57,701 nt of DNA from positions 1-57,701 of the forward strand of contig JANOTL010000111.1 of assembly GCA_031416315.1 (NCBI GenBank). The letters are read 5' to 3'. The notes beneath the pieces are model-generated. The model saw only the letters and a list, made by a program, of their open reading frames with translations. It was not told where the DNA came from and ran no database searches. Position numbers and translations under genes: made by a program. This document shows, one piece after another, positions 31,432 to 41,014 of this stretch (position 1 is its first letter; each line of letters starts with the position of its first letter). Source of the stretch: Pseudomonadota bacterium. GTDB taxonomy: Bacteria; Bdellovibrionota_B; Oligoflexia; Oligoflexales; CAIYRB01.

Positions 31432-33099
31432 CTAATCGATCGTCGCAGCCGGCTGCCTCGTGAACGCCTCGGGAGCAAAACTCTCCTGATAGGTGGCAAC
31501 CGATCGGGAAGCCTTCGTCATGCTCAGCTCCCCCGACCCGGCATCGAAGGACCCGGCAAACACCTGGCCCTCACGGCTCGTCGTGAAGCCGACCTTGCCG
31601 GTATAGAAGTCGTAGCTGCCGGCTTCGATTTGAATCCATTCCGTCTGCGCCTCGGGAAAGCGGAAACGGCCGCCGAAGCTGATCGGAAAGAACGGATTGA
31701 GGCTGCTGATCGGGGTCGTGTCGAGCCTGGTGGCAAGGCTGAGCTCGAGAGCCCCCGCCCGATAGGTCCCGGCGATCGATTGGAAACGGCGGGCGCCCTC
31801 GGGCAGGTCCGAATACCCGGACTTCCGGAACTCGAAGGTTCCGACGCGCCCGAAGTGCTGCGAGTACCAAACGCCGCGAACAATTCCGCCGCCGAGCGCC
31901 GTCACTTGGATGATGGCGTCGACGTCGTCGACCATGCGCTCGAAGACGAAAGCTTGGTCGCGCAGGTCGTATTCGCGTTGATTGAAGCTGTAAGTAATCG
32001 CGGGTGCTGCGGCAGCGTCGTCAAAGTGCAAGCGCGCGTTCGCCGCCATCATTAGGCGCGATCCCATCGTCGTTTTACCCTGGAACGTCTGAATCTCGAG
32101 ACCACCGCGCTGGTAGACGTCTAATCGCTCGTGATGAACGTACCCGACGTATTCGCCGGCAATGCCCGCGCTGGTCGCTTCGATGAACGCGCGCTCCCTC
32201 ACGTCGGCGCCTTGAGTCCCGAGCAGCTTGTTCACCGGGGGCGTCGGAACGGACGCGATGGTCGTCGACGTATTCTGTCGGTCGAACGTGCAGGGACCGC
32301 AATTGAGGTGCTGACCCTCAACCGAGCACTCATAGGAGTTCCGCGCGCCCGTCAGCTGCAACGAGCCGGCAAAGAAGTCGTACGTCCCACCCTTGATGAC
32401 GTCCGTCACGCAATTTTGGTCACGATTGGAGCCACAAAAATCGGTATCGGCACTTCCGAGAGTGCCGCGAACTTCGTAGGTGCCGAATGGGTTGCCGATG
32501 CGCGATGCTTCGCCAAGAGTGCGAGTCGTCCAAATGTGCAGCGACGCGGAGGCTCCATCGCAGCTACCGAGGTATTCGCCGGCGACCTGGTCGAGCAAGG
32601 GGCGTGCAGGGCTCGCCTCGGCCCGATTGAGGGTCAACATTCCAACTTTGGTCGAGCCCGCGTGAACTTCTGCAGAAAACGCGGCGGCCGAAAACTTCGA
32701 GGCGATCAGCGAAAGAAGCTGATCGGACTGATTGAAGACCAAGGTCCCGGTCAAGAGATTGTAGCGAACGTTCTCGAAGTGATACGAGATGTATTCTTGG
32801 CTGTCAAAGCCGCCGAAGTAGAGCGACAAGACCGCTCGTATTTCAAGCTCATTAGTGCTCGCGACGCGGCCCGCGATGAAATCGAGTTTCGCGAGCTGTT
32901 CCTTGCCGAGGCGATCGTGCTGCAGGGTTCCGACGAAACGTCCGAACGTCTCGCCTTCGAACTTGAGCGGCGCAAGGAGCGTCTTGTCCTGGACGATCTT
33001 TTTCTTTGGAGCTTGTTTCGGCGTCGGAGTGCACGAGGCGACGAAGGGCATCGCCAGCGAGCACGCCACGATGAGGATGCGACGAAGAGTCTGGCTCAC
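31432..33099 (-). CDS. Beta-repeat lipoprotein (4 units), paralog of 18001..19581
   Basis: GTGA-coupled start, lipobox FVAS|C, 'FGRFVGTLQHDRLGKEQLAKLDF', 'YFGGFDSQEYISYHFENVRYNLLTG', 'GEYVGYVHHERLDVYQ', 'GSYDFYTGK'. Confidence 0.8.
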   Translation of the reverse strand: MSQTLRRILIVACSLAMPFVASCTPTPKQAPKKKIVQDKTLLAPLKFEGETFGRFVGTLQHDRLGKEQLAKLDFIAGRVASTNELEIRAVLSLYFGGFDSQEYISYHFENVRYNLLTGTLVFNQSDQLLSLIASKFSAAAFSAEVHAGSTKVGMLTLNRAEASPARPLLDQVAGEYLGSCDGASASLHIWTTRTLGEASRIGNPFGTYEVRGTLGSADTDFCGSNRDQNCVTDVIKGGTYDFFAGSLQLTGARNSYECSVEGQHLNCGPCTFDRQNTSTTIASVPTPPVNKLLGTQGADVRERAFIEATSAGIAGEYVGYVHHERLDVYQRGGLEIQTFQGKTTMGSRLMMAANARLHFDDAAAAPAITYSFNQREYDLRDQAFVFERMVDDVDAIIQVTALGGGIVRGVWYSQHFGRVGTFEFRKSGYSDLPEGARRFQSIAGTYRAGALELSLATRLDTTPISSLNPFFPISFGGRFRFPEAQTEWIQIEAGSYDFYTGKVGFTTSREGQVFAGSFDAGSGELSMTKASRSVATYQESFAPEAFTRQPAATID

Positions 33100-34613
33100 C
33101 ACGGAGTGCCTCCGGCCGGCTTGAGGAATTCGTAGGGGCCGACCAGGAGCGCGCGGTCTACGTCTGCTTGGTGACCAAGCCATTTGATTGCATAAAAGTC
33201 GCGTTGATTGCGAGCTTCGACGAGGCGTTGCGCCAAGGCGACGATTTCGAAAAGGTCGAGGTCGCCATTCTCGAGCTGGGCCCGCGCAGAGGCAAAGGCG
33301 GACTCCAGTGAGGCGACGGATGCGTCGAGCGTTTTGTATCCAGTTGATACAGCGCCGAGTGCCGCTTGGGCTGCGACGATCGTCTCGCCGATGCGGCTTT
33401 CGCTTCCCCGAATTTCTGCAGCGAGCACTTCTGCCTTCGCTTCTTCGACTTCGATCGCGTGGATGTGCTCCATCTGCGCCGGCGGCAAGATGCTCGTCAC
33501 GAGCAAGAAGTTCAAGCCGCGGATCCGGCTGGCGATCGCCTCACGACGATGGCGGAGCTCGGAGATGGCGAAAGAACGAGCGACGGCGGTCGCGATTGCG
33601 GCGGAAAGATCCGGGACCGGGGCATTCGTCAGATCGGGCATCGGCACGTCGGCGAAGGTCGGAAGGTCGCGTCCGGGGTATTTGCCGAGAGATCTCACCA
33701 AGGCGGCTTCGCGCGCCGCGAGGCGTCCGGAAGCATCGGCTGCAGTCCGTTCGTTTTCCAGGGTCGAAGCACGGATGAGGTCCTGCCACGTCGGTGGGGC
33801 TTCCCCGGAAGCGACGAGCGTCGCTACGATCTCGTCGATCGACGCGAGAAAGGACTGCATCGAGCGCACGGAGCGTACTTTGCTTCGTTCCGACTGGAGA
33901 TCGAGGTACTCGCGGTGGGCCGCGTTTGCATGGTCCGCGGCCGTCAGGGAGAGAGCGCTGCGCTCAGCTTCGAATTGGAAGATTGCGGCGTTAATCTGCT
34001 CCAGCTCGCTCGGATCGAGTAGGCGGGGGCCGTGAATGACGATGGCGACTTCGGTTCCGGTGCCGCTACCAGATCCACTGCCCGTTCCATCCTCGGAGCC
34101 AGTACCCGAGCCCGCGCCCTCGGAATACTCCTCTTCCCTGGGTACGAGGAGTCCGGACTCGATGCGTGCGATCTCGGCTTCCGCTTGGCGGACCTCGTGG
34201 ATCTTTTCCTGAACGGGGAAGCCATGGGCTGACGCTATTGATAGGATTTCGGCCAGGCTGAGGCCCAAAACGGGGTCCGCGACCTGTTCCGAAGGAAGTT
34301 CAATGGGGACGCTGCGCTTGAGCGGCTCGGCCTGTGGTGTAGCCGGAGGAATCGTATGAGTCGCAGTAGGCAACGCGGGGACGACTTCGGCTTCGGGGGC
34401 CGAAGCCACGCGTTGCGATGTTTGCGGCGCTGACGGCCCGTTCTCGCGGCATGCGGCCGCAAGGAACAGGACGAGGCTGCAGGCGAGGGGTGTAGGGAAG
34501 GATCGCAACGGGGGGCTCCGGCTTCTGGCGACGACGATGGGACCTGCTCGAAGAGCGGGCGACGTTGCTGTGCAATCGCCGCTCCGTTCCGCGAGGGCTT
34601 CGCCTACGGCCAT
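33096..34613 (-). CDS. Divergent TolC-like helical lipoprotein
   Basis: Lipobox-like LAAA|C. OEP-type helices 'LSLAEILSIA', 'LVASGEAP', 'AQLENGDLDLFEIV'. Start position uncertain. Confidence 0.55.
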   Translation of the reverse strand: MAVGEALAERSGDCTATSPALRAGPIVVARSRSPPLRSFPTPLACSLVLFLAAACRENGPSAPQTSQRVASAPEAEVVPALPTATHTIPPATPQAEPLKRSVPIELPSEQVADPVLGLSLAEILSIASAHGFPVQEKIHEVRQAEAEIARIESGLLVPREEEYSEGAGSGTGSEDGTGSGSGSGTGTEVAIVIHGPRLLDPSELEQINAAIFQFEAERSALSLTAADHANAAHREYLDLQSERSKVRSVRSMQSFLASIDEIVATLVASGEAPPTWQDLIRASTLENERTAADASGRLAAREAALVRSLGKYPGRDLPTFADVPMPDLTNAPVPDLSAAIATAVARSFAISELRHRREAIASRIRGLNFLLVTSILPPAQMEHIHAIEVEEAKAEVLAAEIRGSESRIGETIVAAQAALGAVSTGYKTLDASVASLESAFASARAQLENGDLDLFEIVALAQRLVEARNQRDFYAIKWLGHQADVDRALLVGPYEFLKPAGGTPW

Positions 34614-34704
34614 AACCGAATGAACTTACCCAGAAAATTAGCGTGTGGAGCCCTGACTCGGATCACCAGACGGGCTGTCGAGTCAATCGACAGTCGACTC
34701 ACCC

Positions 34705-35724
34705 TCAGTGCGACTGCTTCGTTCCGGCCAATGCGTTGCTGACGGCGTCCTTCAAACTGACGTGGTCCGTATGCAGCTTCTTACCGTTAAGGAAGAACGT
34801 CGGTGTGCCGGTGACCCCGATCTCGTTCATCGCGGCTACCGTCTTGTCGACCGCCGCCTTTGCCTCTGGCGTCGCAAGGCATTGCTCGATGGCTTTCGTA
34901 TCGAGACCGGCCGCCTTTGCGACCTCGACCACTTTCGCCCGATCCGGCGTCGGGCTTTGCTGCAAACGCATCGAGAACGCCTGGTCGTGGAACTTCCAGA
35001 AAGCTTCCTCGTTTACCTGACGAGCACAATGCGCGCCCCGAGCCAGCTCGCCGCTGAAGCCGTCAGGCCGCAGCGCATAGTTCACTTGAACGAAGCGAAT
35101 CTTGTCGCCGAACTCCTTGAGAACGGCCTTCACTTCAGGATGCTCTTCCTGACAGTGCGGGCACAGGTAGTCGGATGCCTCGACGAGGGTTACGGCTGCG
35201 TCCTTCGGGCCACGGCTCGGATAGGCGGAAAGGTCAAACGTCACGACGGGCGCGTCCGGAGCCGCCGCCAAGACTTTGAAGCCACCCTTCTTTTCCAGCT
35301 CAGCGATCTTCGCCTGGAAGGATTCACGAACGCTCTGCTGCTCCAAATGGCGCGCGATGTCGGCCTTGTACTGGACGAGCTTCGAATCCGGGGGAAGCTT
35401 GGACTTATTGGCTTCAAAGAATGCCTGAACCTCAGCATCCGTCGGCTTCTTCGGCGTGAGGAGGGTCTCGAACGGCGGCAATTTCTTCGGGTCGACCTTC
35501 GGATCCTTCGCCTTCGCCAATGCGAGGCGGACCGCGAACTGCTTCAGCTCGTTGACGTTCTTTTCGAAGGCCTCCTGGCGGCTATCGAACAGGGCGTTGC
35601 GAACGTCGGGCGGAAGATCGCTTTCCGCGAACTTCTTGCCGTCGAGCTCGATGATGGCTGACTCCGCCAATGCATTCGTTGCGAGTCCAAGCGCCATCAA
35701 GGCGACGCAAAGGTTTCGTTTCAC
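34705..35724 (-). CDS. DsbA-family thioredoxin-fold oxidoreductase
   Basis: 'GPKDAAVTLVEASDYLCPHC', 'GVTGTPTFFLNG', signal peptide, RBS AGGAG. Confidence 0.9.
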   Translation of the reverse strand: MKRNLCVALMALGLATNALAESAIIELDGKKFAESDLPPDVRNALFDSRQEAFEKNVNELKQFAVRLALAKAKDPKVDPKKLPPFETLLTPKKPTDAEVQAFFEANKSKLPPDSKLVQYKADIARHLEQQSVRESFQAKIAELEKKGGFKVLAAAPDAPVVTFDLSAYPSRGPKDAAVTLVEASDYLCPHCQEEHPEVKAVLKEFGDKIRFVQVNYALRPDGFSGELARGAHCARQVNEEAFWKFHDQAFSMRLQQSPTPDRAKVVEVAKAAGLDTKAIEQCLATPEAKAAVDKTVAAMNEIGVTGTPTFFLNGKKLHTDHVSLKDAVSNALAGTKQSH

Positions 35725-35764
35725 GTAGAAATCTCCTGGTTGTGTGAGGGATTCGTTTCCACGC

Positions 35765-35793
35765 TTGCCTTACATATCAGTGCGTGATGTTAT
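35765..35793 (+). promoter_or_regulatory. Putative sigma-70 promoter with overlapping ArsR-type inverted repeat
   Basis: TTGCCT-N17-TGTTAT, with ATATCA-N5-TGATGT (35774-35790) in the AT-rich divergent gap between dsbA-like and arsR. Confidence 0.4.
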
Positions 35794-35824
35794 GTCAATA
35801 TGTTGAACCGTTCGTGAGACTCTG

Positions 35825-36160
35825 ATGAGCACCGTAGGCAAAGTCAAAAGCTCCGACCTCATGGCCAAGTTCTTCCGAGGATTCGGCGACCCGTCGCGGA
35901 TCGGTATCCTCGAGGCACTACTCGACGGACCATTGGCCGTCAGTGAGATCGTCGATGCCACAGGTTTGTCGAAGTCGAATGCTTCGAACCATCTAGCATG
36001 CTTACGAGATTGCGGCCATGTGATCGCCAAGCAAGACGGGCGTCACGTCTACTATGAGCTGAGCGACAAGCGTGTGCGGCAACTCCTCCGACTAGCGGAA
36101 GAGCTTTTGGCCGAGAACGCGCGTGGTGTTTATGAGTGCACGCGGATGAGTCGTACCTAG
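35825..36160 (+). CDS. ArsR/SmtB (CmtR/CadC-like) metal-sensing repressor
   Basis: 'AKFFRGFGDPSRIGIL', 'SNASNHLACLRDCG', C-terminal Cys (YECTR). Confidence 0.92.
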   Translation: MSTVGKVKSSDLMAKFFRGFGDPSRIGILEALLDGPLAVSEIVDATGLSKSNASNHLACLRDCGHVIAKQDGRHVYYELSDKRVRQLLRLAEELLAENARGVYECTRMSRT

Positions 36161-36186
36161 TCGGAATTTGGAAAAGGGGCGCCATC

Positions 36187-36756
36187 ATGGCGGACTGCTG
36201 TCAAAACAAAGCCTGTGACCTGGAAAAGATGCCGAAGGCGCAGAGCCGCGTCCTATGGATCGTGCTCGCCATCAACCTCGTGATGTTTTTCGTCGAGATG
36301 ACTGCCGGAATCATCGCTGACTCAGTTTCGTTGACCGGTGATTCGCTCGACATGTTGGGCGACTCGCTCGCGTACGCGTCGAGCCTCTATGTGATCAACA
36401 TGGGAATGCGTGCCAAAGCGCGATCGGCGATGTTCAAGAGTGCGTTGATGCTCGGGTCTGCGGGCGTCGTCCTTGCGCGGGCAATCTATCGCACGGTGTA
36501 CCCGGTAACTCCGGAGGTCACCTTGATGGGGGCCATCGGCGTGCTCGCGCTCGTTGCGAATGCCACTTGCCTTTACATGTTGACTCGGCACAAGAACGAT
36601 GACGTCAACATGTCCTCAGTATGGCTTTGCTCGCGGAACGACATCATTGCGAACGTTTCCGTCATCGCGGCGACGGCGCTGGTGTTCTTCACCGGCACGT
36701 CTTGGCCTGAGGGGGTTGACGGCATCTTAGCAGACATGCCAGTGCCTCCGAATTAA
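36187..36756 (+). pseudogene. Cation diffusion facilitator (short CzcD-like), probably 3'-truncated
   Basis: MADCC, 'DSLDMLGDS', 'SVWLCSRNDIIAN'. After 'TGTSWP' the expected D plus last TM helix is replaced by unrelated sequence from ~36711. Confidence 0.7.
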
Positions 36757-36761
36757 CAAGT

Positions 36762-36813
36762 CTTTGCGCACTTCGCGACCTTTGCGGTTCAATGCCTTGG
36801 CGCCTTTGCGGTT
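36762..36813. repeat. Two copies of a CTTTGCG..CCTTTGCGGTT REP-like element
   Basis: CCTTTGCGGTT at 36779-36789 and 36803-36813, each preceded by CTT(T/C/G)GCG subunits. Confidence 0.6.
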
Positions 36814-36872
36814 ATGCAATGGGTTCAAGGTATAAAATGCAAGATGCGTGAATGGAGGCGTCGATGAAGCGA

Positions 36873-38291
36873 TTAAGGAGCAGTCCGTAAAAGCTGCGCC
36901 TCGCCCCTCGAGGGCGTCATCGTCGTATCGACGACGACCTCTGGAGGTAGGTCGGCAAACGGGGAGACGGAGGCGTCGTCGGCCACCCCCTGGAGGGGTA
37001 GCGCATCCTGCGGATAATCCCACGGCTCGCGCCATTCCTTCACCGCCTCGTCGCCGCGCGTTAGAGCGAGCGCCTGAAAGCGGATCACATATCCGAAGCG
37101 CGACGCGTCGACCAGCCGACCCAATCCAGATTTGCCGACCCGCCGCGGCTTCCAGCGCCAAATGCCCCCGGCGCTTGCGAGCCATCCGTGCGACTTGAAG
37201 CCGTCGATCAGGACACCGCGATAGACGACGCGCACGTCGAGGTCCGCGCTGCCTGCGGGAGATGGCCCTGAATGCAAACGCTTCGAGTAGCTGTGATCGT
37301 CGCTCGCGTCGACGGGCTCCGGCAGCTCGTTCTGATTTCGATCCGTCACCAGGCTCTCGCTACCTGCCAACCGAGGGCCCTGCCAATAATTGATCCAGTT
37401 GGCGAGCGTTGCAATTCGTCCGCCGGCGCGCTCGCGACCCGCATCGAGACGGCGGCGCACGGCGGCCGTGTCAGCGTCGGCTGGAAAGCGCGTGCATCCT
37501 TCCGGCTGGGTCGCGGTGATCCCGCTCCAAAAGTTCGAGGGGCAGCCCTTGGCGCTGATCGGATCGAGCGTCTGAAGACCGAGGGCGTCGACCTCGGGCT
37601 GGTCGGCCAACGCTGCGACAAGGCGCATCGCCATGGAGCCGCCCATGGAATGTCCGATGACGTAGATCGGGCGCAGGCCGTCGTCCGGATTCAGGCGCTT
37701 CGCCGACGCAGCGACGTCTGCGACGAAATCCGAAAGCCCGGGCATCCCGCCGTAGGGATCGCCCGGTGGGCGCTCTACGACGAATCGACGAAAGCCCATG
37801 CGACCGTAACGCTTTGCCCTGTCGCCTACGCCGAGGCCACTCCATTCTGCCTCCGGACGAGCATTAGCCTCCGTCCACCAGACGAACTGCTGCGTCCCAT
37901 CGAGCTGAGACGAATGGCAGGCAAAGACGTAGTTGTCGCTCGTGGCTGGTGATCGCCAATAGCGCTCGTGCTCTTCTGGAGTCATGAGGTCGTTGCGAAA
38001 ATCTGTGATGAGCGTCGAAGGGTGAGCTGATGCCGTGGATCCGGATGCGTGCGCCGCGAAGGCTTCGCCGAAACGCAACCCGTTGAACGGTGTGACGTAG
38101 TCGCCGGCGCCAAATGTATAGTGCGTCAACGTGCCACACGAGCCGCGGCCGCCGATCAAAACGTAAAGTGGCTTCGTCGTGAACGGCAGGGCGGACGGAT
38201 GCGCGAGAACCAACGAGTTCTCGCGCCGGGCCTTGCAGCCAGCAGCGAGGCTGGCCGCGAGAATGAGGGCTAAGTGGATCGCGAGTCGCAT
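36873..38291 (-). CDS. Alpha/beta-hydrolase (lipase/esterase-like) lipoprotein
   Basis: Lipobox LAAG|C, nucleophile elbow 'IYVIGHSMGG', 'LQTLDPIS', downstream His candidates. Confidence 0.75.
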   Translation of the reverse strand: MRLAIHLALILAASLAAGCKARRENSLVLAHPSALPFTTKPLYVLIGGRGSCGTLTHYTFGAGDYVTPFNGLRFGEAFAAHASGSTASAHPSTLITDFRNDLMTPEEHERYWRSPATSDNYVFACHSSQLDGTQQFVWWTEANARPEAEWSGLGVGDRAKRYGRMGFRRFVVERPPGDPYGGMPGLSDFVADVAASAKRLNPDDGLRPIYVIGHSMGGSMAMRLVAALADQPEVDALGLQTLDPISAKGCPSNFWSGITATQPEGCTRFPADADTAAVRRRLDAGRERAGGRIATLANWINYWQGPRLAGSESLVTDRNQNELPEPVDASDDHSYSKRLHSGPSPAGSADLDVRVVYRGVLIDGFKSHGWLASAGGIWRWKPRRVGKSGLGRLVDASRFGYVIRFQALALTRGDEAVKEWREPWDYPQDALPLQGVADDASVSPFADLPPEVVVDTTMTPSRGEAQLLRTAP

Positions 38292-38305
38292 GCGGCGATG
38301 CAGCC

Positions 38306-39475
38306 TCACGGCAACTTGACCGTCGCCTTACTCCCGTCCGCGCCTTTGATCGTCAGCGAGCCCTTGCTGTAATAACTTTCAGAAAGCCCCGCGTCTTTCA
38401 GGACGATCGTCGCCTTCTGGGCTAGAAGCGCCTCGCAGCCGTCATTGGTCATATGAACCAAGTCGGCCGTACAGCTGACCGGAAACGTCTCCTGGCAGGC
38501 GCCGATCTTCAGCGAGTACTCGTGATCGCCGCAGCCGCCGCCGTGGGTCACGTCGATCTCGATCGCTTTCTTGTCGGCGCGGAGCTTCGCGCCCTTGATC
38601 TTGGCGCCGCCGGGGAACAGGTTGGCGTTGCCGGTCGAGCCGCCGACGGCGCCACCCCCGGAGCCGCCGCCCTGCAGGGGAAGGGCCGGCAGCTTGATGG
38701 AGGCCTTGGAGCCTTCCGAGCCTTTGATGACCAGGCCGCCCTTGGAGTAGTACGCGTCGTCGAGCTTCGCGTCCTTCAGTTTGATGCTCGCCTTGCCCGC
38801 GACCAGGGCTTCGCAGGCGTCGTTGGTCTTGTGAATCAGCTCCGCGGTGCAGCCGACGGGGGAGGTCTCCTGGCAGGCGCCGACTTTCAGCTCGAAAGCG
38901 TGGTCGCCGCAGCCGCCGCCGTAGCTGACTTCGAGCTCGATCGAGCCTTTCGCAGCGTCGTACTTCCCGGAAAGAATCTTGGCACCGGCGATGAACATCG
39001 CGCCAGAGGTGCCCGGACCCGCGCCCGCGCCACCGCCGCTGCCCGTCAGGACCGGTAGCTTGACGCTCGCCTGCGAGTTGCCGGCGCCGGAGATCCGGAG
39101 CGTCCCACCGCTGTAGTAGGCGTCGTTCAGCTTGGCGTCGACGAGCTTGATGACGGCGTCGGCCGTGAGCAACGCTTCGCAGCCGTCGTTGGTCATGTGG
39201 ATGAGCTTGGCGGAGCAGCTCACGGGATAGGTCTCCTGGCAGGCGCCGACGGCGAGCGAGTAGTCGTGATCGCCGCAGCCGCCGCCGTGCGAAACGTTGA
39301 CGATGATCGATTGGCCATCGCTCGCCATCTTCGCCGAGTTGACCGTGGCGCCTGCTTCCGCGAGGGCGCCCGTGCTCTCGCGGAGCTTACTCGCGCTGGA
39401 GTCGGGAGTTCTGCAAGCGGTGCCGGCGAGTGCGAGGCAGGAGATGAAGGCGACACGGAATTTTTGGCAAGGCAT
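38306..39475 (-). CDS. Lipoprotein with three tandem 4-Cys 'GGGCGDH' domains
   Basis: Lipobox-like AGTA|C. Three copies of (H/Y)GGGCGDH.(Y/F).L..GACQET.PV.C.A.L.H.TND.CEAL...YYS.G.L.I.G..GS.A..KLP. Confidence 0.85.
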   Translation of the reverse strand: MPCQKFRVAFISCLALAGTACRTPDSSASKLRESTGALAEAGATVNSAKMASDGQSIIVNVSHGGGCGDHDYSLAVGACQETYPVSCSAKLIHMTNDGCEALLTADAVIKLVDAKLNDAYYSGGTLRISGAGNSQASVKLPVLTGSGGGAGAGPGTSGAMFIAGAKILSGKYDAAKGSIELEVSYGGGCGDHAFELKVGACQETSPVGCTAELIHKTNDACEALVAGKASIKLKDAKLDDAYYSKGGLVIKGSEGSKASIKLPALPLQGGGSGGGAVGGSTGNANLFPGGAKIKGAKLRADKKAIEIDVTHGGGCGDHEYSLKIGACQETFPVSCTADLVHMTNDGCEALLAQKATIVLKDAGLSESYYSKGSLTIKGADGSKATVKLP

Positions 39476-39601
39476 GCTGACCCTCGATGCGAAAACGGCG
39501 ATGGCGCAATGGTGGAAGCTCTCATGGAAGCATGCCGTGACAGCGCGTTGGAGACAATACGAAACGATCCCGTAGGGGGGGGGCTCCGGCGCCAAGATCG
39601 A

Positions 39602-40783
39602 CTACAAGTGGGGAACGTCCGTTTCGGGCCGTTCTCTGCGCCGAGGTGGTCGATCAGCACCCGTTGTTTTCGAGCCTGCCCCCCGCGGCAAGCTCACGAC
39701 GAACGTAGTTCCGCCCGATTGAGTCGAAGTCACTTTGATGGTGCCTTCATGTGCCGTTACGATTTCGCTGGCGATGAAGAGCCCTAACCCCAAGCCGGAC
39801 TTGTTGTGGTCGTGCTCTTGGCCGCCCGGCTGATGACGAACCATCGGTCGGAAGATCGTCGGCAGGATGCGCTCGGGGATCGGCAATCCGTCGTTGTGGA
39901 CTTGCAACGTGACCTCGTCGCCGCGCTGCTCGGCAAGGACGGTAACGGGACTCTTCGGCGCACAGTACTGTAAAGCGTTGGCGATGAGATTTGAGACGAC
40001 TTGGGCGAGCCGATCGCTGTCCCACTCTCCTCTCAGGTCACCGATGGCTTCGAATCGGAGCGGGCAGTCCGAATGAATCAACTGAAGCTCCGCAATCACT
40101 TGCCGGCACACCGATGCCAGCTCAGTGGGCTTACGCGTGACCGGGATGCCAGAGCCAAGGTTCGTGCGTGTTAAATCCAAAAGGTCGCTGACCATCCGAT
40201 TCATCCGCTCGCCGCTATCGAGAATCCGAGTGGCGATGTCGACCGTGTTGGGATCGTCCGAGTCTACCAAAAGTGCTGCGCCCATGGTGACCGCGCCAAT
40301 GGGATTGCGCAGGTCGTGGCTGAGGATGCCGAGGAATTGTTCCCGGGTGTTGTCGACCGTTTCGGAGTAACGAGCCGTGGAGGTCGAGAGCGTCTCGTCG
40401 ATCGCTTCGTTGAATCGGGTCACTTCCCCTTGCTTGTCGCCTTGCGCTTCCTCCCACAGCCGCAGAACACTCGCCCGCAGCGCGCGATACTCTGATACCA
40501 ACTGGTTGAGGTTGAGCCCGGTCGCCAAACGATCGGATGCATGCTTTTTCCCGACGCTTGCAAGCTCCCCATCCTCCGCGTTGCCTTTGGACTTTTCAGA
40601 CCGTTGATGCCCGCTTTGCGGTGACTTCATGTCGCTGACGACGGCGTTGAGAAGCTCTACCGCATGATCTCGCATCTGTTCCTCGCTCATGCCTTCAGCC
40701 CACGGCAAAAGACTGCGAGCGAACGCGACCCATTCCGCGATGATCTCCTCTTGATTTGACTGAATGAACTCCGATAGCCGCAT
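39602..40783 (-). CDS. Sensor histidine kinase with RsbRD_N-like N-terminal domain
   Basis: 'MRLSEFIQSNQEEIIAEW', H-box 'SHDLRNP', 'NLIANA', 'GLGLGLFI'. Confidence 0.92.
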   Translation of the reverse strand: MRLSEFIQSNQEEIIAEWVAFARSLLPWAEGMSEEQMRDHAVELLNAVVSDMKSPQSGHQRSEKSKGNAEDGELASVGKKHASDRLATGLNLNQLVSEYRALRASVLRLWEEAQGDKQGEVTRFNEAIDETLSTSTARYSETVDNTREQFLGILSHDLRNPIGAVTMGAALLVDSDDPNTVDIATRILDSGERMNRMVSDLLDLTRTNLGSGIPVTRKPTELASVCRQVIAELQLIHSDCPLRFEAIGDLRGEWDSDRLAQVVSNLIANALQYCAPKSPVTVLAEQRGDEVTLQVHNDGLPIPERILPTIFRPMVRHQPGGQEHDHNKSGLGLGLFIASEIVTAHEGTIKVTSTQSGGTTFVVSLPRGAGSKTTGADRPPRRRERPETDVPHL

Positions 40784-41014
40784 CTGAACCTTCTTTCTCC
40801 CTAGCCACTTCACGCCGTACAGGGCGACCAATCGCATGAGAGCTGAGGGATGCTCCCAGCGCTCCAATCACAATCTCGCAAATCGAGGTGATTAGCGAAT
40901 GCAGGGCGCGCGCTGACCCAAACCTTCGGTTGCTATGAGGGCCTGCAACTTGCATTCGGCACACAAATGGCAGCGCTCGCCCAGAGTAGCTGCCGCCAGC
41001 CTTGGGCCAAAAGA

